Virus record (IMG/VR): IMGVR_UViG_3300038321_000041
Coordinates: 1-36,497 of that record
Length of the DNA: 36,497 bases
Origin: a virus
Taxonomy: Duplodnaviria > Caudoviricetes
Strand: one strand, 5' to 3'
Of the stretch, positions 28,433 to 36,022 are shown one piece after another (position 1 is the stretch's first letter; each line of letters starts with the position of its first letter). The translations under genes and the position numbers were made by a program. The notes beneath the pieces are model-generated. The model worked only from the letters and a program-made list of their open reading frames with translations. It did no database searches and was not told where the DNA came from.

Positions 28433-29890
28433 TTAAAATGGTAAATCATTCTCCACCTCCTCTGTTATTTTTCCGCTCTCCCTATCCTCAAGGCTTAACT
28501 CATTATATAACTCTAATGCCTTAGAATAACAGTCTGATGTCCTGTAATTTGATGGATTGCTTGCCACCCTGAAGTCATTAAATATCTCTTCCATTGCCGA
28601 GCGGACCGCTTGCTTTTGACTTATTGACGGCTCGTTCTTGTAAATTAACCGTGCAATTTGAACGGGTGTAACATACGTCTTGCCATCAGGAAAGAACTCC
28701 TCCCTGCGCAAAATCAACTCATTAATTACCTCATTCATATCCCTTGTACCGGCACCGTCTGCGAATTCAAACGAATTGTACCACTCCTGCCAATCCTCTT
28801 CGGGCTCTGCATTTATGCAAAAATCCTTCCAGATACTGTAAATCTCCTTGAATGATATCTGCTTAGGTTTTTTATTCATTTCAATCACATAGAATCGCCG
28901 TTCGTTCTTATCCTGAATAAAATCAGTTGCTGGTTCATTTGAGGTACAAAAATAGTAACGCTTAACGGGTATAGTTTTGATTGCTTTATATTTTTGGTTG
29001 TACCTGGTTGTGTCCGATGTTAAAGCCTGCTTCACTCCTCCATATGTTTTGCTCGCATCCTTCGGCATTGCCTCATCGAGTAGTACAGCGTTGCAATAAG
29101 CCGATAATGGTAATTCATGATCGTTGTACTGTAATTCCGCTTTTAGACTACTTTCATACCTCCCGAAGTTATCAAACTTATCACCATTAAGGATAGTTAC
29201 AATTGCTCTTGCAATGGTTGTTTTGCCTGTTTGCTTCTCCTGCCCCCACAAATATATCGACTTGTTCATGGATGGGTTATGATTTTCGTGCCGGGATTGA
29301 CAAACGAAATATCTTAGTGCATCAATATCTTTATCTGAAAAACCCCAAATCGCCTTTGCCTTTTCGCTCGCTTCCTTAAATTTCTCTTTATCAGGTTCAT
29401 TTCCAAACATTTTGGCAACACGCTCATCCAAAAATTTACGTGCCAATATTGTGTCCCATGTAACTTCCGATATGCTTTCAGCCTCGGTATGCTGCTTGCC
29501 TCTTCTGTCAAGTGCTTGCGCCAGATAATAAAAGTTGGTTAGCGGAGGAAATTCATCCATCTTCTTCTTATCCTGAAACGCCGGGTCTACTATTGTTCTC
29601 TTCATGGCTGTAATAAGCCTCTCGTACAATTCTTTTTGCGAATCAACCCTTAACGTCTCCGCCCACTTTTGAAGCCCTCCAGCGTGGACGATATCAACTA
29701 TTTCGGGATGAGGTAAGTCAACCGTTGATTTGCCCATACGCATAAACAGCATGTTATAGCTCTCACCCTTTGCTGGCGTCCAGAACATTATCTCCGCTAT
29801 CTTCTTGAAGTCATGCTTGATAGTGCCGTTGGTGTGCTGTTCTGGTTGCGCTTGTTCTATTATTTCTTGTTCTAATTTCTTCCCTGCCAT
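28433..29890 (-). CDS. VirE/VapE-like P-loop ATPase (putative replicative helicase)
   Basis: GQEKQTGKTT Walker A, LLDE Walker B, TSN, ERRFY motifs. Confidence 0.85.
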   Translation of the reverse strand: MAGKKLEQEIIEQAQPEQHTNGTIKHDFKKIAEIMFWTPAKGESYNMLFMRMGKSTVDLPHPEIVDIVHAGGLQKWAETLRVDSQKELYERLITAMKRTIVDPAFQDKKKMDEFPPLTNFYYLAQALDRRGKQHTEAESISEVTWDTILARKFLDERVAKMFGNEPDKEKFKEASEKAKAIWGFSDKDIDALRYFVCQSRHENHNPSMNKSIYLWGQEKQTGKTTIARAIVTILNGDKFDNFGRYESSLKAELQYNDHELPLSAYCNAVLLDEAMPKDASKTYGGVKQALTSDTTRYNQKYKAIKTIPVKRYYFCTSNEPATDFIQDKNERRFYVIEMNKKPKQISFKEIYSIWKDFCINAEPEEDWQEWYNSFEFADGAGTRDMNEVINELILRREEFFPDGKTYVTPVQIARLIYKNEPSISQKQAVRSAMEEIFNDFRVASNPSNYRTSDCYSKALELYNELSLEDRESGKITEEVENDLPF

Positions 29891-29923
29891 GTCATAGATT
29901 ATTACTTTTATTATGATTGATCA

Positions 29924-29954
29924 CAAATATACTCATTTATTTTGATATACCAAA
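29924..29954 (-). promoter_or_regulatory. Early promoter with GTATATCAAAA box
   Basis: TTTG-GTATATCAAAA (19-nt spacer)-TATATTTG upstream of helicase. Confidence 0.8.
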
Positions 29955-30839
29955 CTATATAGCCAAATTTAACTTGTTAATTTTTTCAGTCTTTTCAGTT
30001 GCTAAATATAAATCCAATATATCGTCTCCCTCTTTTAAAATTCCATTATTAACCGCTTCGTCAACTGATATATCCATTTCAGGCTCAAACGCCCTTGTTT
30101 TTCGCTCCCACTTCTCAAATTGCCCGTTATCTGCAAATACCTTATCAAGTCTAGGCAATTCAAATAATCGTTCATCATTAAGCATCTCACTTCCACCGCT
30201 TGCTATCCATGTGTACCCGGGCTCAAAAACACTCATGATAATAGCCGTTTTTTCGCTCTCGCAAAGTGCTACAGGCTTATCAGGAGTTGTCAGGTGAAGC
30301 CCGAAAAAGCATTGACGGTAGTTGAAATCCTCTTTTATTTTCTTGTGCACAAACCAACTGCTGCGCTCTTTTATCCTTTTACCGGTGGGGTGGTAGTACA
30401 TCACCTTTGCGGTCCTAATATTCTGCTCCCTATCCTGTTGCCAGAATATTGTACCTCCACCCTTTGCCGTGCCGATATTGTACGCTTCCTGTAACTGATA
30501 AGCCTTTTCAATGCCGAACAATTTAACCAAGTACATGAAAAAGACGTTACTCTTGAATTCGTTAAAGGTTGCCTGCATTAAATCTTTACTTACAAAATCC
30601 AAAGGCTTGATCTCTTCTGGTGCCGGAGGAACATACCTTGAACTCTCAATGTCATCCTCTCTTATCTTCGGGTAGCGATGGTAACGACAGCTCTGAATTC
30701 TTTCACACCTTCCCCATTTAGCAGGGTTAACCCTCTCTCCTGTATCAGCATTAACATAGCATTTGAAAGTCTTTTTTCCGCAGTTTGGGCAGATAATATG
30801 CTTGCTCCCTGCCTCCAATTTATATTTGTAATTTTTCAT
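29955..30839 (-). CDS. Zn-finger/TOPRIM primase-like protein (DUF6371-type)
   Basis: CPNCGKK, CER..SC.YH, TIFWQ.D, CFFGLHL, ESEKTA, FAD, GDDI.D. Confidence 0.8.
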   Translation of the reverse strand: MKNYKYKLEAGSKHIICPNCGKKTFKCYVNADTGERVNPAKWGRCERIQSCRYHRYPKIREDDIESSRYVPPAPEEIKPLDFVSKDLMQATFNEFKSNVFFMYLVKLFGIEKAYQLQEAYNIGTAKGGGTIFWQQDREQNIRTAKVMYYHPTGKRIKERSSWFVHKKIKEDFNYRQCFFGLHLTTPDKPVALCESEKTAIIMSVFEPGYTWIASGGSEMLNDERLFELPRLDKVFADNGQFEKWERKTRAFEPEMDISVDEAVNNGILKEGDDILDLYLATEKTEKINKLNLAI

Positions 30840-30876
30840 AAGTTATATTCTTTTAGTGCTTTCTTACGTCCTCCGG

Positions 30877-31104
30877 CTATTTTTTATAGTTTACCGTCCA
30901 AACATCGTTATCTCTGTTTACCGTAAATTTAACTCCCAGTTCACGCCCTACATCATACACCGTACGCCTGTAACGCCTTTCATGTTCATCTATGAACTGG
31001 AACGGCAAATTACCGCTTCTTAATGCAACTCGCAACTCTTTTGCAAGTATTTTTTCTTCCTCCTTATTCGTTACACGTGGTAACGATTCGATTTTGTTAT
31101 CCAT
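30877..31104 (-). CDS. Hypothetical protein
   Basis: 75-aa ORF in operon. Confidence 0.65.
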   Translation of the reverse strand: MDNKIESLPRVTNKEEEKILAKELRVALRSGNLPFQFIDEHERRYRRTVYDVGRELGVKFTVNRDNDVWTVNYKK

Positions 31105-31109
31105 AATTA

Positions 31110-31454
31110 TTATTTATTTAATTCCTCTTTTAATTCATCACTCAACATAAATTCACTCTCTATCTCTTCGATAGTGATATTACCTGCCCTGTACGCTTTT
31201 AATAGCCTCTGAAATTGCTGTTTATTCGGTTCTGGTTTCTCTCCATCTTCCTCAACATCATTTACTCCCTCTTTTATTTCATTCTTTGAATAGATAGTGA
31301 TAAATGATTTCTCTAAATCATATCTTGCCTTTTTAAAGCAATCTTCAATCTCTGACGGTGAAGTGCTGTCAAGTGAGTAGGTGGCTTCCAGCCGGACCGA
31401 CTGGAAGTTACCTATATTCTTAACTATCTGCATTTTTATCTCGGTCGGCTTCAT
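31110..31454 (-). CDS. Hypothetical protein
   Basis: 114 aa; N.GNFQSVRLE motif recalled from phage recombination modules. Confidence 0.7.
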   Translation of the reverse strand: MKPTEIKMQIVKNIGNFQSVRLEATYSLDSTSPSEIEDCFKKARYDLEKSFITIYSKNEIKEGVNDVEEDGEKPEPNKQQFQRLLKAYRAGNITIEEIESEFMLSDELKEELNK

Positions 31455-32302
31455 AGTTCTATTATTTCAGTTTTAACAACTTTTTTTGTAGCTCTCACAT
31501 CTATACCTCGCTGCCTTAGCTCTGATATTAAATCAATGTCTGATACAGCTGATAGATTTATTTTACAACTCTGTATGCTGTTATCTTTTGTCTGCACAGA
31601 CATCTTGCTCCTTCTTGGTTGCAAAACTCCTTTTACAGTTCCGCAAATAGAGTTAATCATGCGAGACTCTATATTGTCTACCTTAAATTTATACACTGTA
31701 AATATTCTATTTTTATACCCTCTTCTTCTTCCAGCTTCTACAATAATATCATTCTCGACGCTCGTGAGGATTGACGGGATCTGGTTGTAGTATGGAGCTT
31801 CATTTTCCTTGAGTGCACTCCTTAAATCATTGATTAAAAATTCATCTCCTAATATTTCATTATCTTTAATATAATTAAAGACCTTGGTAAGATGACGCAC
31901 TGTGTGTTTAGGCAAATCTCGAATAGGAAGACTAATGCTGCTGTCTTGACTATTACTCTTATCTTGACTATTACTCTCCCTAAATATAATAGTCCCCCCT
32001 TTATATTCGAACAATTCGGATATTTCAACAGGAGTAACATGCTCTACCGCAAAATAATACAATTGCTTGCTATCGACTTTTCTCCCTTCATGCAGGATGC
32101 CATTAACGGGCTTAACTATATGATTTTCATTTCTGCATAAAAGTGTAGGAATGTTCTCTCTATATGGCGAATTTGCTATCATTAAAGCACGAGAAAAATC
32201 GCTTCTAACAAATTGGCTCCCTAACACATCACTCTCTATGATGCTGTTAATAGCATTAGCTATTCTTTCCGCTATGCATTTGTTTATTTCCATTGCTTCC
32301 AT
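31451..32302 (-). CDS. Hypothetical protein with internally duplicated domain
   Basis: Two similar LG..F...D...AL.....PY...IP..L...EN.I segments. Confidence 0.7.
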   Translation of the reverse strand: MEAMEINKCIAERIANAINSIIESDVLGSQFVRSDFSRALMIANSPYRENIPTLLCRNENHIVKPVNGILHEGRKVDSKQLYYFAVEHVTPVEISELFEYKGGTIIFRESNSQDKSNSQDSSISLPIRDLPKHTVRHLTKVFNYIKDNEILGDEFLINDLRSALKENEAPYYNQIPSILTSVENDIIVEAGRRRGYKNRIFTVYKFKVDNIESRMINSICGTVKGVLQPRRSKMSVQTKDNSIQSCKINLSAVSDIDLISELRQRGIDVRATKKVVKTEIIEL

Positions 32303-32309
32303 AATTCTA

Positions 32310-33239
32310 TTATTTCAAAGTTATTTTTAAATATGCTTTCCTCTCACTTGTAGCTGTGTAATCAGCTTCATTAATTTCAGGGTGATCTTTTAACAGCTTC
32401 TTTTTGTCAAATCTGGAAGTAGTGCCATCGGGTACGACCGTTATATTATAAGCATCTGATTTTATCGACTTAACACCGCTTTCAATCATCATTTCAAGCA
32501 ATTTCGCCTTGCTTTCCTCTATTTGCGCCTCCATCGATTTAATCTGTTGTAAATATGAAGTCATTAACTGCACCTCTTTTTGTTCTGACGGGAACAAATC
32601 GCTCTCATCCCACTCATCGCCTATCTTAAGATTGAGGTTATCCCAATTATCATCCAGTAATTTGATGCCGTGCTTTAAAGTATCGATATAATTTTGGTTC
32701 TGCTCAATTTCGATAGGGGCTTGTACCCCATCGTCAAAATTATCAAAATTGCTGTCACATACAATCAAACCTACTCTATCGCAACCCAGCATAAAGTACC
32801 ATTGAAGTTGAGCCATGTAATTCTCCTGTACAGCATCAACATCTGATACACATTTTAATTCAATTGCCCATTTTTCGTTGATGCAATAAAAGTCAGCATG
32901 AGCGAAAATATGAAAATTGATAGCAAATGCTGATTCAGGAGCAACCCTGTGTTCTCTTTTAAATTCACTCAGGTCTTCCATAAACTCCTCTGCAAACCAA
33001 TCCTCAAAATCATGCCCCTTCTGCATCGCTTCTGTCTGCATGATAGGTTTGTACTCGTCAATACCCTTAGCTACTCTTATCCTCATCTTGTCGGTGTTGG
33101 ACAATGCCGATAAGCCATTCAGCCCTATCTTGTAGAACATTTTAGCGTCCGATCCACCGAAGCCTCCAACCCTTGATTTTTCGATTTCCTGCTGGTGTAA
33201 TTCCTGCTCACTTACTGCTTGATTAATTTCTACTTTCAT
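32310..33239 (-). CDS. YqaJ/lambda-exonuclease-like nuclease
   Basis: R.GGFGGSDA, GH.FE, A..D, IELK, Y..QLQWY. Confidence 0.85.
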   Translation of the reverse strand: MKVEINQAVSEQELHQQEIEKSRVGGFGGSDAKMFYKIGLNGLSALSNTDKMRIRVAKGIDEYKPIMQTEAMQKGHDFEDWFAEEFMEDLSEFKREHRVAPESAFAINFHIFAHADFYCINEKWAIELKCVSDVDAVQENYMAQLQWYFMLGCDRVGLIVCDSNFDNFDDGVQAPIEIEQNQNYIDTLKHGIKLLDDNWDNLNLKIGDEWDESDLFPSEQKEVQLMTSYLQQIKSMEAQIEESKAKLLEMMIESGVKSIKSDAYNITVVPDGTTSRFDKKKLLKDHPEINEADYTATSERKAYLKITLK

Positions 33240-33298
33240 AACTGTTTTTATTTTTAGATTATTATTTGTTTTTAAAACTACCTATTAATTTGATAACA

Positions 33299-33330
33299 CA
33301 AATATACTTCTTTGTTTTTGATATACCAAA
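33299..33330 (-). promoter_or_regulatory. Early promoter with GTATATCAAAA box, enclosed by 17-bp inverted repeat
   Basis: TTTG-20 nt-TATATTTG; arms 33276-33292 and 33327-33343. Confidence 0.8.
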
Positions 33331-33351
33331 TTAATAGGTAGTTATTTTAAA

Positions 33352-34128
33352 TTAGATTTCTCCTCTTAATACTTTTTCAAATTGCTCTTTTGATTCAAAT
33401 TTAATGGCGTTTGCCCAAAATGCGCCATAGTTGTCATAGTGATATTCATGCCCTTTTTTATCATAAAGCCTTATAGTCGCGTCATCTCTGTCGCCATAAT
33501 CCCAAAATATCGCCAAATCGCCTTTTTTCGGCTCATCGCTACACGGTTCGAGCCAGTCCTCGGCGAAACCAAAATGATGATCTTCTATTTTTGCCTCATC
33601 CATCGTTATATACTCTCCAAGACAAGTGGTAACATACTCTTTAACGGTCATTACCTTACCTATATACTGATCTAAAAAATCATCGAAATAAGGATAAACA
33701 CTTCTGTGCGTCTTGCTCGAAATACCGTCTTTAATCTTAACCTTATCGCCTGCCTTAAATTTTGGTTGTGGTATATCCTCGATCTCTAATTTTTCGGCAT
33801 TCCAGCGTTTACCGTCCTTTTTCAAAGCATCAATCAGAAGTTGTTTTTCATACTCTGTTGCATATCTGAATGATAGTGATGATAGAGGCATAGTTGGTGC
33901 ATACCTTCCATTATAAACTGGCTCCATGTCTGATTTAGGATATATAAGAGCATAATAATTATCAGGATAGTTCTTAACTATCATTATTCGACCGTCTTCA
34001 TAGACAAAATCACCCTCTTTAAATTCAGATTTTTCGGGTATAAACTCAATTACTACCTTGTCATCATGCTGCTTCACCGCTATACGGTCAACGCCTTTCG
34101 GTATTTTTATTTCGTTTATTTCGTTCAT
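33352..34128 (-). CDS. Hypothetical protein with repeated FK.GD (KOW-like) modules
   Basis: EFKEGDFV, KFKAGDKV, PKKGDLA. Confidence 0.7.
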   Translation of the reverse strand: MNEINEIKIPKGVDRIAVKQHDDKVVIEFIPEKSEFKEGDFVYEDGRIMIVKNYPDNYYALIYPKSDMEPVYNGRYAPTMPLSSLSFRYATEYEKQLLIDALKKDGKRWNAEKLEIEDIPQPKFKAGDKVKIKDGISSKTHRSVYPYFDDFLDQYIGKVMTVKEYVTTCLGEYITMDEAKIEDHHFGFAEDWLEPCSDEPKKGDLAIFWDYGDRDDATIRLYDKKGHEYHYDNYGAFWANAIKFESKEQFEKVLRGEI

Positions 34129-34139
34129 AACATCTATTT

Positions 34140-34703
34140 TTAAAATGGCAAATCATCAGTTGCGCTCTCCGCCTGCGCACTCTCTTTTTGCACGAACTCA
34201 TCTCCCTGTACAAATTCTCTCTCCTGTGCTTCATTAAGTAAGTCATTCAAGTCAGCATCCGCACCAGTTCTGCGACCTGATAATATAACCACAGCCGAAA
34301 GGCTTGCACCTACATAAGTAGCCCCACGGGTGAACTTGTTGTTGTACTCAAAAGCATTAACGATACAATCAATTCTTGCACCAAAACCAAGATCAAGCCG
34401 ATCAAGTCCATTCAGACCGGCAAATTTGGTGTTATCATTAAACCTGATGCCTAACTGTTTTGTCCCCTCATACTCCTTGTAATTAGGTTCACCGATAACT
34501 TTAGACTTTTCGTTTCCAATTTGATTGACATTGAAAAAGTCGTTAATTGCTTTTTCATTCTCGCTTGTTACCTTGATGGTGAGTGACCTGCCAAACCCTT
34601 CATCTTCAAGATTTGCAAATACAACCTCAACGTTCTTTAGTTTTAGTTTAGGCTGCTTGATTTTGCTCTCTGTTGCTGTTGTTGCTTCTTTTTTTGTTGT
34701 CAT
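34140..34703 (-). CDS. Single-stranded DNA-binding protein, T7 gp2.5/DUF2815-like
   Basis: LKNV...FANL, G.SL.AV pattern, acidic tail ending DDLPF; start ATG 34703. Confidence 0.7.
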   Translation of the reverse strand: MTTKKEATTATESKIKQPKLKLKNVEVVFANLEDEGFGRSLTIKVTSENEKAINDFFNVNQIGNEKSKVIGEPNYKEYEGTKQLGIRFNDNTKFAGLNGLDRLDLGFGARIDCIVNAFEYNNKFTRGATYVGASLSAVVILSGRRTGADADLNDLLNEAQEREFVQGDEFVQKESAQAESATDDLPF

Positions 34704-35116
34704 AATATTAAGAACGATTCGCCTGTACATCGTGAGGTTTTTAAAATTTTATTAATGAAATTACACTGTTAAACGCTTTTCTTCTTCATTTTCAAGCTCC
34801 CGGACTGTCTTAACTCTCCCGCCCTGTAGATATGTCTCAAGGTCTTTCCGTGCGAAGTACAATCGCTTGCCTCGCTTCATGTAAGGCAGTTCACGTTTTG
34901 ATACTTTACTGTAAATTGTCGGGACTGATAAATTTAGAAACTTTGCCGTTTCATCAACTGTGAGAAATTGATCGGTTGTTTCCTGTGGCTGTACATTTTT
35001 GATAACATTGTACAACTCATCGACCTTTCTTATCAATTCTGTTACCGCTTCGGGTAAATCATTAAAACTAATTGTTGTCATAATAATAAGAACGATTAGC
35101 CTGTACATCGTGAGGT
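34694..35116. repeat. 45-bp direct repeat pair (34694-34738; 35072-35116)
   Basis: 43/45 identical; leader plus ATG ACA ACA of two adjacent genes. Confidence 0.95.
34761..35081 (-). CDS. Excisionase-family HTH DNA-binding protein
   Basis: FNDLP.AV, LTVDETAKFL.LS.PTIY..V..RELP..K.GKRLYF. Confidence 0.85.
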   Translation of the reverse strand: MTTISFNDLPEAVTELIRKVDELYNVIKNVQPQETTDQFLTVDETAKFLNLSVPTIYSKVSKRELPYMKRGKRLYFARKDLETYLQGGRVKTVRELENEEEKRLTV

Positions 35117-35149
35117 ATTAAAAATTAAATTAATATATTTCTTGGGAAG

Positions 35150-35392
35150 TTATTTACACGCCAAATTTGTCTCGGAGTTTATGCCAGCGATGTGATTAAA
35201 AAATAAAAATCGGAACAATCTGGTTTTGTCCATAGATAAATCCTCGCAATATTCTCGATATATTTCCTTCTTTTCTTTTCTGGATATTGCCGGTAGGCCG
35301 ATTAATGACACCCGCATTGCCTGCTCTTCGGTCAGGTCCGTAAAAATGTTATTTTCATAAATATACTCTTTGACTACCTCTTTTGCTTTCAT
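35150..35392 (-). CDS. Hypothetical early protein
   Basis: 80 aa, conserved leader. Confidence 0.7.
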   Translation of the reverse strand: MKAKEVVKEYIYENNIFTDLTEEQAMRVSLIGLPAISRKEKKEIYREYCEDLSMDKTRLFRFLFFNHIAGINSETNLACK

Positions 35393-35435
35393 AATGCTTA
35401 CTTTTTTATTTGATTATTACTACTTTAATTTTAAA

Positions 35436-35463
35436 TAAGCAGTTTTACAACTTGCTTAGGTTG
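35436..35463 (-). ncRNA. Predicted H-type RNA pseudoknot, copy 2
   Basis: CAAC C UAAGCA A GUUG UAAAAC UGCUUA. Confidence 0.7.
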
Positions 35464-35490
35464 CGCTGTGATTGCTATCTCCAGATGAAT

Positions 35491-35724
35491 CTATTTAAAT
35501 AATACCTTCAATGATTTCATTACTTTCGTTTCAAATATTTCTTGAAAAAACTCAACTTTTTTAGACATCGATAGAAAATAAAATCTTCTACCTGATTGAT
35601 AACCGTCACAAATAACTTCGTCATCGTGTGTAACTGAAAAGCCACTACCTTCTTCATAAGGTCTATTTACTATAAATTCTACCTTGTTACCACCTAAATT
35701 GATTGTAAATTCTGCTGTCTTCAT
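35491..35724 (-). CDS. Hypothetical early protein
   Basis: 77 aa, first gene after promoter 35773-35803. Confidence 0.7.
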   Translation of the reverse strand: MKTAEFTINLGGNKVEFIVNRPYEEGSGFSVTHDDEVICDGYQSGRRFYFLSMSKKVEFFQEIFETKVMKSLKVLFK

Positions 35725-35772
35725 ATCTTTACTTTTTTATTTGATTATTACTACTTGTTTAACTGAACACTA

Positions 35773-35803
35773 CAAAGATAATACATTATTTTGATATACC
35801 AAA
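35773..35803 (-). promoter_or_regulatory. Early promoter with GTATATCAAAA box
   Basis: TTTG-GTATATCAAAA (19-nt spacer)-TATCTTTG. Confidence 0.85.
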
Positions 35804-36022
35804 ACAAAAGAGAAGAAAAATCACTAAATATCACGAAATATCACGTTTTTAATATTCTTTAACTATAAATAGATGTCATAGGCATGACTGATGTAATTTT
35901 ACTGCTTCAAGGTTTTGAGCGTGTGGAGGCAGTTTCTTTTGAAGTATTTCTAATTTTGTTTTGCTTGTATCAGGGTATAAAGTGCTTTGCATCAGGCATA
36001 TAATCGTTGTTTCCTTATAATC

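Noticed and set aside
33276-33343. Classical Bacteroides invertible promoter
   Set aside because: Only 34 bp between arms, short for recombinase-mediated inversion, and no invertase is present; kept only as a hairpin finding
34136-34158. Third copy of the 28126/28430 repeat
   Set aside because: Similarity is explained by both proteins ending in DLPF-stop
547-34755. All plus-strand ORFs in the track
   Set aside because: They are antisense shadows of well-supported minus-strand genes, lack motifs, and no plus-strand promoter was noticed
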